Shown in pieces: positions 34,054-42,598 of a DNA stretch of 57,688 nt (within the stretch, counting starts at the first letter, position 1; each line of letters begins with the position of its first letter). The stretch covers positions 1-57,688 of the forward strand of contig DVOT01000246.1 of the NCBI GenBank assembly GCA_018713425.1, given 5' to 3'. The notes beneath the pieces were generated by a model that saw only the letters and a program-made list of their open reading frames with translations, did no database searches and was not told the origin of the DNA. Source of the DNA: Candidatus Ornithocaccomicrobium faecavium (lineage in GTDB: Bacteria; Bacillota; Clostridia; Christensenellales; Aristaeellaceae). The position numbers and the translations under genes were made by a program.

Positions 34054-34337
34054 GTTCCACCCGTCACCCCGCTTTCAGTCTTGCGCCGGCGCAGCTGGTG
34101 GACGCTGGCGACGATGAAGGGCGGCACGTTGGCGTTTTCGCCGCCCGCGCCGCGATTGTCGAAAAACCATGCGGCCAGATTGCACACCCAAAAATCATAC
34201 AGTTCATCGCCTTCCCGCGCGGGCACGCCTGCGCGGGCATACCATTGTTCCGCCGCCGCCAGGCACAGGCCAAGCACCTGCGCGTCGGCCTCCGGGTCTG
34301 CGCCTGCGAAGCGGCGCGCCATGTCCATGCTTGGCAC
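34050..34337 (-). CDS. gp6-like head-tail connector protein
   Basis: Only the C-terminal 92-95 codons of ORF 34050..35066 are protein-like (ADPEADAQVLGLCLAAAEQWYARAG). AGGGGG precedes GTG 34337. Confidence 0.55.
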   Translation of the reverse strand: MPSMDMARRFAGADPEADAQVLGLCLAAAEQWYARAGVPAREGDELYDFWVCNLAAWFFDNRGAGGENANVPPFIVASVHQLRRRKTESGVTGGT

Positions 34338-34348
34338 GCTGTCACCCC

Positions 34349-34630
34349 CTAACCGGCGTCGCTCGCCAGCACAGGCATAGCCACGGGCACGCCCAGCGCG
34401 GCGGCCTTCTGGATTTCCTCGCCCATGTAGGCCGCGATGCTCGCGCGCACGGCGGCCATGCTCTCTTCGTCCACGCCTGCGGCGTCGTCCATCGCGTCCA
34501 ACGTAAAGGTCATGCCCTTGCCCGGCCGGATGTGGCAGGATGCGCAGGCCACCGTCTTGCGGGTTCCGTCGTCGTCCACGACGGTGATGTTTGCCGTCGT
34601 CTGCTGGCTGTCGTCGCGGATTACTGCCAT
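34349..34630 (-). CDS. hypothetical phage head-module protein
   Basis: AAGGAG 8 nt before ATG 34630. Lies between the capsid and connector genes. Confidence 0.5.
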   Translation of the reverse strand: MAVIRDDSQQTTANITVVDDDGTRKTVACASCHIRPGKGMTFTLDAMDDAAGVDEESMAAVRASIAAYMGEEIQKAAALGVPVAMPVLASDAG

Positions 34631-34684
34631 GCGGTTCACTCCTTTCCGTCAGGGGCGGCGATACAGCCGCCCCTCGCGCAGCGA

Positions 34685-35944
34685 TCAGGTCGCGGCGATG
34701 AAGATTTCCTTGCGCACGGCGGCCGCCGTGTCGAACGTGCTGACGGCCATGCGGCTGATCCCGCGCACCTCGATGGAATTGGTGCGGAAGGCGTTGCCGC
34801 CGATGTCCGTGGAAACCACTTCGAGCGGCTGGCGCACAAACAGCGTCGCAAACTCCTTGAAGTCGCCCACATAGACGGGGTAGTAGTCGCCCTTCGTCGA
34901 GCCGGTGGTCGACACGGTGCGCGTGGGCAGCAGCGCGTTGGAAACCACGTGCACGCGCCGGCCCTTGAACAGCATGGACGTGGCGCTCGTGGGATCGGGC
35001 TGGAGCAGCGGCCGGCCGTTTTCGTCCTTCTGCATATCCAGGTAATTGAATGCGTCCTGGTTGCACAGTACCACAGCCATGGCGCTGACGGCGGGATCGA
35101 GTTCCTTGTTGAGCGCGCCCTTCAGCGCGTCCACGGCGTTGTCCGTGGCGGCTACCTGCCCCGCGCTCAGCGTGTCCAGCGCGGCCTTCAGCAGCGCGTT
35201 TTCGGTCAGAATCTGCTTCTTGGCAAACCAGCGCGCGAGGTACCCGAACAGGTTGGCCGCTTCGTCGTTCGCCAGCTCGTTGCTCACGGGCACGATCAGG
35301 CCGTAGGTGGTCAGGCTGTACGTCACCTTTGCGAAGGCGGGCTGGTCGTCCTGTGCGATGCCTGCGCTGGGCACCTCGCTGGTCAGCGCGGTCATGCCAG
35401 CCGTGGGCGCGGTGTCCACCACGCGCCAGCCGCTGTTCGAGCTGACGGCTTCGACGTTGAACAGGTCGGCAAGCGGGCTGAAGTCGCGGCGAAGTTCGCG
35501 GATCGTGTTGTCGATGTCTTCCGGCACCAGAAAGCCGCCGTCTTCGCCTGCGGGGCTGCCGCCTGCGATGGTCAGCGCGTCGTAGAGCACCTTGTGCTTT
35601 TCGTCCATCATGGGGCGGCCCGGGCGCGCGCCGCAGCGCACGGCGCTGGCGAAGGCGCGGGCGTATTCGTTGCTCTTCAGGATGTCGCGCAGCGTGCGCT
35701 CCTGCTGGGACGGCGTGCCCTGCGCGCCGGCGGGCAGGCCGTTGGTTTCGGCCTCGTACTGAGCGTTGTAAGCCGCCTGCAAGGCGGCCATGCGCTCGTT
35801 GAGGGCGTTCAGGGCGTCGCGCTGCGTGGTCAGGCTGCCGGTACTGGCGTTGGGGTCTGCCGCAGCGGCAGACAGTGCGGCCGCGGCCGCGCGAATCTGT
35901 CCGCCCAGTTCGCGGATGTTGTTTTGCAGTTCGTTCAGCGTCAT
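34685..35944 (-). CDS. major capsid protein (HK97 fold family)
   Basis: AGGAGG then ATG 35944. N-terminal coiled-coil delta-like region, followed by a capsid-like core. Follows the prohead protease. Confidence 0.85.
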   Translation of the reverse strand: MTLNELQNNIRELGGQIRAAAAALSAAAADPNASTGSLTTQRDALNALNERMAALQAAYNAQYEAETNGLPAGAQGTPSQQERTLRDILKSNEYARAFASAVRCGARPGRPMMDEKHKVLYDALTIAGGSPAGEDGGFLVPEDIDNTIRELRRDFSPLADLFNVEAVSSNSGWRVVDTAPTAGMTALTSEVPSAGIAQDDQPAFAKVTYSLTTYGLIVPVSNELANDEAANLFGYLARWFAKKQILTENALLKAALDTLSAGQVAATDNAVDALKGALNKELDPAVSAMAVVLCNQDAFNYLDMQKDENGRPLLQPDPTSATSMLFKGRRVHVVSNALLPTRTVSTTGSTKGDYYPVYVGDFKEFATLFVRQPLEVVSTDIGGNAFRTNSIEVRGISRMAVSTFDTAAAVRKEIFIAAT

Positions 35945-35963
35945 GGGTTCGTCCTCCTTTTTG

Positions 35964-36824
35964 TCATTCATACAGGGATTCAAAAAATGCGGCCCGCTGC
36001 GCGATCTCCGCGCGAAGGGCGGCGTCCGGGTCGGGCGTCGGATCGGGTGTCGAGGCTGACGGCGGCGCGCTTGCCGCGCCCAGCGGATGCACATGCCCGG
36101 AAACGGGCGCAAGGTGGTGCGTATGTGCCATGCCCTTGGCGATACCTTCGCCGAAGGCCTTGGCCTGCGCCTGTCCGCGCTCGCGCGCCTGCACCATGGC
36201 CAGCACTGCGCTGGCCCCGTAGCGGTTGGCCTGCATCATGCTGCTGGGCAGCGGCTCGCCTTCAGGCGCGGCGGCGGGCAGTTCGTACAGGATGCCGTCC
36301 GCGAAGCCTTCGTCCACGCACTTCTGCGCGTTCATGTAGGTCTCGGCGGCCAGCATGGCCGCGATCTCGTCGCGCGTCTTGCCCGTCTTGGCGGTGTAGG
36401 CGGCGATCAGGCCCTCGCCGATCTCCTTGAGGATGGCGGCCTGGTGCTCCATCTCGCGGTAGTTGCCGGCGGCGTATGTCCAGGGGTCGTGCACCATCAT
36501 GTAGGCGACCGGCGACATGAGCACTTCATCGCCCGCCATGGCGATGACGCTGGCCGCGCTGGCAGCGATGCCGGTGATCTTCACCGTTACGCGGCCTTTA
36601 TGTTCGCGCAGGGCCGTGTAAATCTCCGCTGCCGCGAACACGTCGCCGCCGGGCGAATTGATGTACACAACCACGTCTTTGCACTGGTTAAGCCGCTGCC
36701 GGAATCGCCGGGCGATGATCTGCCCGTTTGGCCCCAGCCAGTCGAAGTCGCTGACGATCTCGCCGTCGATGTGCAGTTCGTCGCCGCCATCCAGTTCGTT
36801 TCGGATAAAGCTGTAAAAACTCAA
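35964..36824 (-). CDS. ClpP-like (S14) prohead maturation protease
   Basis: TTG 36824 after AAGGAGG. INSPGGDVFAA...TGIAASAASVIAMAGD is the serine protease core. Confidence 0.8.
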   Translation of the reverse strand: MSFYSFIRNELDGGDELHIDGEIVSDFDWLGPNGQIIARRFRQRLNQCKDVVVYINSPGGDVFAAAEIYTALREHKGRVTVKITGIAASAASVIAMAGDEVLMSPVAYMMVHDPWTYAAGNYREMEHQAAILKEIGEGLIAAYTAKTGKTRDEIAAMLAAETYMNAQKCVDEGFADGILYELPAAAPEGEPLPSSMMQANRYGASAVLAMVQARERGQAQAKAFGEGIAKGMAHTHHLAPVSGHVHPLGAASAPPSASTPDPTPDPDAALRAEIAQRAAFFESLYE

Positions 36825-38065
36825 GCGTTGGTTCCTCCTTCCTGGGCGTTGCCGCCCGTTTTGTAGTTGAGCAGCATTTCCGGCGTCTGCACCGCGATGC
36901 GCAACGGCAGCAGGTCGCGGCTGGCCATCAGCTCGTTGCCCATTTCGTCGGGCGGCAGGCCTTCGCGCTGGCGCACCTCGTTGATGCGCATCCAGCCGCC
37001 GCGGATGGCCTTCTGGTGCTTCTCCGCCATGGTGGCCGTGTCGGCGCGGGCCAGCGCCTCGATGTCGAAGCGGAACCTGTAGCCCTGCACGTATTCCGCC
37101 GGCGTCAGCAGCTTGCGGTTGAGTTCCTGCTCCCACTGCGCCACGATGGGCATGATCGTCAGCTGCAAAAATTCCTGCATCTGCTGCTCTGCCGTGGAAA
37201 AGCTGGTGTCGCTGTAGTCGCCCAGCATGTGCGGCGGGATGTTGTACACCGTGGCCACGCGGTTGCGCGTGATCCGCTCCACGTCGAGCACCTGCGCGTC
37301 GATGGCGCTTTGGCTGAAGGTGGTGGCCGTCAGGCCGCCTTCCAAAATCACCACGCGCTGGCCGCTCTTTTCGTAGGCGTCCAGGAAGTTTTCGATCACG
37401 GCTTCCCGCTCTTCCTCTCCAAGTCCCGTGTTCGGCACGGTCAGGAAGACGCCGTGGTTCACGCCGTCCAGCTGCGCAAGACTCAGGTCTTTCACCTGCT
37501 TGTCGTAGTCCAGCGTCCCGCGCAGCACGTCGATAGGGCGGATGCCGATCTCGCCGTTTGCGCTCATGTGCCGCACCACGATCAGCTGGCAGCCGGGCAG
37601 GGGAAAGGTCTTGCCGTCGTCCAGCGTCACGGTGTACCACATTTCGCCCGTCTCCGGGTGCCGCCGCGGATGCACGCGCGTCGGGTCGAGGATGTCCAGC
37701 CGGCGGATCGCGCCCAGCTTGTCGGGCACGATCAGGGCGTAGGCGTTGCCCTCCGTGTTCCGAAACGCTTCCATGGTTTGCAAAAACCCGAAGGGCGTGA
37801 AGTTGTCGTTCGGGGCCAGCCCCACCAGCCGCTCAAGCGGGTGTTCCGCTTGCAGCCCGTAGCCCTTGTACAGGTGCAGGGGCATGCTGGCCACGGTGTT
37901 GGAAATGCGGCTCACCGCGGCATAGATCGCCTCGTTCCCGCGCATGGTGTTGTCGGCGCGTGCGCGGTACACGGGCAGCCACCGCCCGGAAACGGGCCGC
38001 TCGCGCACGCGGGGCTTGTCCCTCGCCTTGGCAGAATTCTGGGACTTGGGTCGAAAGGGCCACAT
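36821..38065 (-). CDS. portal protein (HK97 family)
   Basis: GGAGGA then ATG 38065. 414 aa between the terminase and protease genes, with a typical portal sequence. Confidence 0.85.
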   Translation of the reverse strand: MWPFRPKSQNSAKARDKPRVRERPVSGRWLPVYRARADNTMRGNEAIYAAVSRISNTVASMPLHLYKGYGLQAEHPLERLVGLAPNDNFTPFGFLQTMEAFRNTEGNAYALIVPDKLGAIRRLDILDPTRVHPRRHPETGEMWYTVTLDDGKTFPLPGCQLIVVRHMSANGEIGIRPIDVLRGTLDYDKQVKDLSLAQLDGVNHGVFLTVPNTGLGEEEREAVIENFLDAYEKSGQRVVILEGGLTATTFSQSAIDAQVLDVERITRNRVATVYNIPPHMLGDYSDTSFSTAEQQMQEFLQLTIMPIVAQWEQELNRKLLTPAEYVQGYRFRFDIEALARADTATMAEKHQKAIRGGWMRINEVRQREGLPPDEMGNELMASRDLLPLRIAVQTPEMLLNYKTGGNAQEGGTNA

Positions 38066-38075
38066 GGCGTTTCCT

Positions 38076-38125
38076 CCAATCAAAAAGCACCCGTGCCCTT
38101 TCGGGTGGGTGCTGTGGTCGGTCTG
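38076..38125 (-). repeat. hairpin-plus-RBS cassette, copy 2
   Basis: Matches 26331-26379. Here it abuts palindrome copy B directly. Confidence 0.7.
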
Positions 38126-38128
38126 TTT

Positions 38129-38154
38129 CAAAAGCGTCTGCGCAGACGCTTTTG
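38129..38154. repeat. palindrome caaaagcgtctgcgcagacgcttttg, copy B
   Basis: Identical 26-mer, 9 nt after the TerL stop. Confidence 0.9.
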
Positions 38155-38163
38155 CCTTGGGGC

Positions 38164-39906
38164 TTATAGCTTCGGTTTCCGGCGGCGATTTTGGATGTCG
38201 ATGACGCGCACCGCGGGCTTGTGGTAGACCTCGCCCGCCGGGTTCTTCTGCATGTTGATGCAGTGCGCGTCCAGCCAGGCCATGAAGCCGTCGATTTTGC
38301 GGAATTTGTTCCGCTTCGTCGGCATCCAGTTCTGCTTGTCGGCGTGCCTGCGCTCGCCGGATATGCGCACGTTGTCCGTGTACCACAACAGCATCGGGTC
38401 GCGGTTGCTCACCACGCGGCCCGCCAGCAGCAGTTCCTTGATATCCTTCATCGGATCGTTCAGCGTGACCGGCCCCTGCCGCACCACTTCGCAGGCGAAG
38501 CCGCGGCCTTCGAGCATTTGCCGCAGCCGCGTGGCGTTGGCCGGGTCGTAGCCGATGGCCACGATTTCATACTTCTTTGCCTGTTCGCAGAACCATTCGT
38601 ACACGTCTTCCTGGCGAACGTATTCGCCTTCGACGATGGTCAGATGGCCGCGCATGGCCAGGCCGTAGTAGTCGATCTTTTCCTGATCTAGCTCGACCTT
38701 CCTGCGCGGCACCCATGTGTGCAAGAGCACAAACACGCGCCCGTCGTCCAGCGGAAATTCCAGCGCCGCCGCCGTGAAGTCTTCGCGCGTGGACAGGTCG
38801 AATCCGCCGTAGCAGCGCCGCCCCAGCAGGCTTTCCATGTCGATCATGGCGTCGTTGCGCTGGTTGACCTCCGGCTGCACGAATTGCATGTCGTCCGTGT
38901 TGACCGTGATGTTTAACTGCTTGCAGATGAAGTCCGCCCGCTCGCTGGGGATCATTTTCGCCCGCTGCCATTGTTCCTTCAGTTCGTCCATGTGCAGCAG
39001 CACGCCCAGCGAAGGGTTGGCCTTGATCCACTTGCCGCTGTCGTCCGGGTCGTCGCCTTCGTCCATTTCGGCGATGTAGCCAAACATGCGATCCGCCACG
39101 TCTGTGGCCAGCTTGCCTTCCATCGCGTCTGTGAACAGGCCGTAAAAATAGGCCAAAGGCCCGTCGATGACGTTGCCCATGGTCGTGATGTAGATGATGA
39201 GCGGCTGCGACCGCTTGACCACCTTGCGCTTGATGATGTTCGTCAGCTTGAAGTCGCGGTATTCGTGGATTTCGTCGAAGATCGCCATGTGCGGGTTCAG
39301 GCCGTCCAGGCGCTTGCTGTCGCTGGCGCGCGCCTTGATGCTGGCGCTCATGGCGTCGTAGTATACGCCGTCGCGCAGCGGCCGAAAGCGCGGGGCCAGA
39401 TAGCGGCTGGCCTTGATCTGTTCGCGGCATTCGTTGAACACGATGCCCGCCTGCTCCTTCGAGTTGGCCAGCAGGTAGATGTCCGCGCCGCGCTCGCCGT
39501 CCTTGCATGCGCCGTAGGTGGCGTTGCCGGCCAGCATGGTGCTTTTGCCGTTGCCGGTGCCCACCACGATCAGCGCCTCGCGGTACCGGCGCAGGCCCGT
39601 CTTTTTGTCCACCCACCCGTACAAGTTGCCTTCGACGAAGCACTGCCAGGGCAGCAGCGTCATGCGGTCGTAGTTGCCCTTTGTCGGGGCCAGAAACTTT
39701 TCGATGAACGCGCAGGGCCGCTCGGCCTTCGCTTCGTCGAAGCGCCACGGGTAGGCGGGGTCGTTTTGCCTATCCAAATCGTGCAGAAAGCGGCGGCAGG
39801 CCAGCTTTACTTTGTTGCATGCGAGTATTCGGCCTTCGTCCACGTCGTGGGCGTAGCCGTAACATCGCTCAATGGCCGTCCGTCGCTCAGAAGTCGGCGA
39901 ATTCAT
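38164..39906 (-). CDS. terL: terminase large subunit
   Basis: 580 aa. Walker A-like VVGTGNGKST and a C-terminal nuclease region. Follows the small subunit. Confidence 0.9.
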   Translation of the reverse strand: MNSPTSERRTAIERCYGYAHDVDEGRILACNKVKLACRRFLHDLDRQNDPAYPWRFDEAKAERPCAFIEKFLAPTKGNYDRMTLLPWQCFVEGNLYGWVDKKTGLRRYREALIVVGTGNGKSTMLAGNATYGACKDGERGADIYLLANSKEQAGIVFNECREQIKASRYLAPRFRPLRDGVYYDAMSASIKARASDSKRLDGLNPHMAIFDEIHEYRDFKLTNIIKRKVVKRSQPLIIYITTMGNVIDGPLAYFYGLFTDAMEGKLATDVADRMFGYIAEMDEGDDPDDSGKWIKANPSLGVLLHMDELKEQWQRAKMIPSERADFICKQLNITVNTDDMQFVQPEVNQRNDAMIDMESLLGRRCYGGFDLSTREDFTAAALEFPLDDGRVFVLLHTWVPRRKVELDQEKIDYYGLAMRGHLTIVEGEYVRQEDVYEWFCEQAKKYEIVAIGYDPANATRLRQMLEGRGFACEVVRQGPVTLNDPMKDIKELLLAGRVVSNRDPMLLWYTDNVRISGERRHADKQNWMPTKRNKFRKIDGFMAWLDAHCINMQKNPAGEVYHKPAVRVIDIQNRRRKPKL

Positions 39907-40255
39907 CGTCCATCAAAACGGACGCCGCCTTCCTGCTGTTCGGGGTCAGCCGTAATTCGGATAGGTGTTTGCGCTGCTGTTCAGCGTAGGCGCGCACCTG
40001 CGCCACGCTGCGGTTTTCCTGCCAGTATTTTTGCCGGCCGTTGCTGCGCTCCTGGCCGATGCCGCGCTTGGCGATGTCGTCCAAAAGCGATTGCTTGATC
40101 TGCTCTGCCCGCGCGATGTCGGCCACCAGCATCTGGTCGGGGTCGGTCATGCCGCCCTCGCGCTGTTCACAGGCGGCGCACAGCTTTTCGTACATTTCCA
40201 CGGCGGATTCGTGGGTGATTGTCTCCAGGTGCCGCCGCTTCAGCTCTTCGTTCAT
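39887..40255 (-). CDS. terS: terminase small subunit (P27 family)
   Basis: AGGAGG then ATG 40255. C-terminal LRLTPNSRKA is typical of the P27 family. Confidence 0.7.
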   Translation of the reverse strand: MNEELKRRHLETITHESAVEMYEKLCAACEQREGGMTDPDQMLVADIARAEQIKQSLLDDIAKRGIGQERSNGRQKYWQENRSVAQVRAYAEQQRKHLSELRLTPNSRKAASVLMDDEFADF

Positions 40256-40266
40256 GTCCCAGCCTC

Positions 40267-40587
40267 CTATATTTTGATAACGCGCATCCGCGCGACCGGC
40301 TCGGCCTGCCGTCCGCCGCTCTTTGCGCCCTTTTCCGGGTGCCGCCTGTTGTGGCAGGCTTCGCACAGGCTGCGCAGGTTGGAGAGCGTCAGCGCCAGGT
40401 CGGGCCGCTCTTCGATGGGCTGAATGTGATGCACGATCACGGCCCGGCGCGGCTTGACGCCATAGCCCGCGCGAAAGCGATCCATGCAGTCGCAGCACAT
40501 GCCGCCGTCGCGCCGCAGCGCTTCCGCCCGCGCCCGCTTCCAGGCTGCTTTGTGGTAAAACGGATGGCTTTCCTTGCTCTGCGCCAT
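40267..40587 (-). CDS. HNH endonuclease (packaging-associated)
   Basis: AGGAGG then ATG 40587. CCDC...HHIQP...CEACHNRRH is an HNH/zinc motif. Confidence 0.85.
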   Translation of the reverse strand: MAQSKESHPFYHKAAWKRARAEALRRDGGMCCDCMDRFRAGYGVKPRRAVIVHHIQPIEERPDLALTLSNLRSLCEACHNRRHPEKGAKSGGRQAEPVARMRVIKI

Positions 40588-40656
40588 GCCTGCCCGCCTC
40601 CTTTGTACAGACAAGAGCGGGCACCGTCTGGCGTCCGCTCTTTTTTCGACAGTGTA

Positions 40657-40747
40657 ATTATAGCACAGGTTTTCCGCTTCTGCACCTATACAGTAGGCTT
40701 CTTACCCTATACAATGGGCTTCTTACCCTATACTGACCGCTCCTGAC
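40657..40747 (-). promoter_or_regulatory. putative activator-dependent late promoter with 21-bp direct repeats
   Basis: Minus strand TGcTATAAT (-10 at 40662-40657) with a poor -35. Repeats at 40685-40705, 40706-40726 (19/21 to the first) and 40727-40747 (15/21). Confidence 0.45.
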
Positions 40748-40762
40748 CGATACTCTTTCCTA

Positions 40763-41242
40763 TTATCTGTTTGATTTTTGGCCCCCTTCTGGGTACTCGC
40801 GGATATACCAGCATGGCAGCGCGCCGCGCACGGTTTCCTGCGGCAATTCGTCCAGCATCCGCTCGCCCATCGTTTTCAGTTTGCGGATATAGCCCTCTGT
40901 AAACCCCAGCTTGCGCGCGATGGCGGGGATTTTCTGGCGCTTGATGTAAAATTGGTGCAGCACCGCGCTTTCGTTTTCCGGCAGGCAGTCCAGCAGCACG
41001 CAGGCGGCGGCCACTTCCACGCGGCGCGCCTGCTCCCGCCCGCGCAAGTCCGCTTCCAGTTCTGTGATGGCCGCCACGAAAGCGGCGATTTTGTCAGACT
41101 CCGCCGTGCTGCGCCCGCCGCCGGCGTTGATCCGCGGCGTTACGCTTTCGGCGGCCTCGCGCCGCCGCTCGATGCGCTGCCGGATGCGGCGCAAATCCTG
41201 TTCCGCCTCCCGGCAGCGCTGCAAGATCGTGATGGCCCTCAT
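40763..41242 (-). CDS. sigma-70 region-4-like HTH protein, probable late-gene activator
   Basis: LPENESAVLHQFYIKRQKIPAIARKLGFTEGYIRKLKTMGERML resembles sigma region 4. Located just upstream of the packaging genes. Confidence 0.55.
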   Translation of the reverse strand: MRAITILQRCREAEQDLRRIRQRIERRREAAESVTPRINAGGGRSTAESDKIAAFVAAITELEADLRGREQARRVEVAAACVLLDCLPENESAVLHQFYIKRQKIPAIARKLGFTEGYIRKLKTMGERMLDELPQETVRGALPCWYIREYPEGGQKSNR

Positions 41243-41255
41243 TGCGCACCTCCCG

Positions 41256-41282
41256 CAAAAGCGTCTGCGCAGACGCTTTTTG
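41256..41282. repeat. palindrome copy C (one extra T)
   Basis: caaaagcgtctgcgcagacgctttttg. Lies 5 nt after the SSB stop codon and 5 nt before the next RBS. Confidence 0.9.
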
Positions 41283-41287
41283 ATTTG

Positions 41288-41668
41288 TCAGCGGAAGCCT
41301 TCCGGCAGTTCCGCGTCGTCCACTTCGGTAAAGCCTTCTTCGTCACTGTTGCGCCGCGGCGATGAAAGGAATTCCACGGATTCCGCCGTTACTTCCAGCG
41401 ACGCCCGCACGCCGCCGTCATTGCCTGTGTATGCCCGCGCGCTCACCGTGCCGGTCACGGCCACCTTGCGGCCCTTCTCCAAGTAGCGGTTGCAGTTCTC
41501 GCCCAGCCCGCGCCACGCCGTGACGCGGAAGTAGTCGGTTTCGGGGTTCGCGCCTGCGCGTACGCGCCGGTTGACCGCCACGGTGAAATTGCACACGGGC
41601 GTGCCGTCCTGCGTCTGCCGCAGTTCCGGCGCGCGGGTTAGATTTCCGATGATGACAAGTTGATTCAT
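41288..41668 (-). CDS. ssb: single-stranded DNA-binding protein
   Basis: MNQLVIIGNLTRAPELRQTQDGTPVCNFTVAVNRR OB-fold start. Acidic C-terminal tail ending DDAELPEGFR. Confidence 0.9.
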   Translation of the reverse strand: MNQLVIIGNLTRAPELRQTQDGTPVCNFTVAVNRRVRAGANPETDYFRVTAWRGLGENCNRYLEKGRKVAVTGTVSARAYTGNDGGVRASLEVTAESVEFLSSPRRNSDEEGFTEVDDAELPEGFR

Positions 41669-41679
41669 GCTTTCGCCTC

Positions 41680-42171
41680 CTAGATGTACTCCCCATAGTC
41701 GCATTGGATCGCAACGTCCCTGTATTCGCATCCCTGCGCAGAAAATGTTTCCGGCGGGACGATATTCATCAGCGCCCGGCGCAGTTTGCAGCCCTTAGCC
41801 TGCCGGTCGTCTTTCAGGCATACCGCGCATTCGGCTGCCATGGCCGCGTTGATGATCTCGCGCAGGTCGTCTTCGCTGGCGATGATCTGTTCCGGCGTCC
41901 GGGCGGCGGGCTTGAGCCGCACCAAAACTTCCCCATGCGTGCAAAGCCTTTGCATGTACAAAAGCGTCTTGACGGGCAGCGTGTCGTAGATCGCCACCAA
42001 CAAATTGTTTGCCGTAGTCGTCATAAGCCGCCATTGCCGCCAGCCGTTGGGGATCAGCTTCAGCCGCTCCCGCAAAACGTCCTGATGCGCGATCAGCTGG
42101 GCGTCGAGGGCGGAAAGGTATTCAATGATCGCGCGCTCGCGCCCGCTTGCGGGCTGAATCCTTGAGTTCAC
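41680..42171 (-). CDS. hypothetical phage replication-module protein
   Basis: GTG 42171 overlaps the upstream stop (TAGTG). Cys-rich C-terminus. Confidence 0.45.
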   Translation of the reverse strand: MNSRIQPASGRERAIIEYLSALDAQLIAHQDVLRERLKLIPNGWRQWRLMTTTANNLLVAIYDTLPVKTLLYMQRLCTHGEVLVRLKPAARTPEQIIASEDDLREIINAAMAAECAVCLKDDRQAKGCKLRRALMNIVPPETFSAQGCEYRDVAIQCDYGEYI

Positions 42172-42596
42172 TACTTCGCGCCCCCTCTCGCCCGAATGGC
42201 CTTCATGGCCTTGTAGTCGTCCCACATGCGCACCTGTTCCATGGCAACGCTGTATTCGCAGCGCGGCAGGTCGCGCACACTGCTGATACCCGTCGTCAGG
42301 CGCACGGCCCGGCGGATCGCGTTGGCCGCAGCCTTTTCGCAGCCCTCCGCGCGGTACTGGGCGCAGATTTCCGCCGCCCGGCTGCGGATCGCCTCGTGGA
42401 TCGCGTTCGCCTGCGCCGGCGTCACCTTGGTCAGCAGCCGCACTTCGCGTTCCAGCGCCGCCATACGCTCATTGGTGGCGCGCAGCATATCGGCCATGCC
42501 GCGCATGATTTCGCCCATTTGCCCCAGCGTTTGCCGCACGTCGGCAGACAGCGCAGTGGGCGCAGCGCAGGGCTGCATGATCTCGTTGTTCGCCAT
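42171..42596 (-). CDS. hypothetical phage protein
   Basis: GGGGAGGG then ATG 42596. 141 aa. Confidence 0.5.
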   Translation of the reverse strand: MANNEIMQPCAAPTALSADVRQTLGQMGEIMRGMADMLRATNERMAALEREVRLLTKVTPAQANAIHEAIRSRAAEICAQYRAEGCEKAAANAIRRAVRLTTGISSVRDLPRCEYSVAMEQVRMWDDYKAMKAIRARGGAK

Positions 42597-42598
42597 AT

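Noticed and set aside
34169-36430. 753-aa plus-strand ORF across the capsid/protease region
   Set aside because: It is antisense to well-supported HK97-type head genes. The sequence is Arg/Ala/Gly-rich and not protein-like.
35964-40624. N-terminal extensions of the protease (558 aa), portal (521 aa), TerS (245 aa) and connector (338 aa) ORFs in the track
   Set aside because: The extensions are Arg/Pro/Gly-rich read-through of the upstream genes in other frames. Each gene has an internal SD-preceded start that gives a family-typical length.
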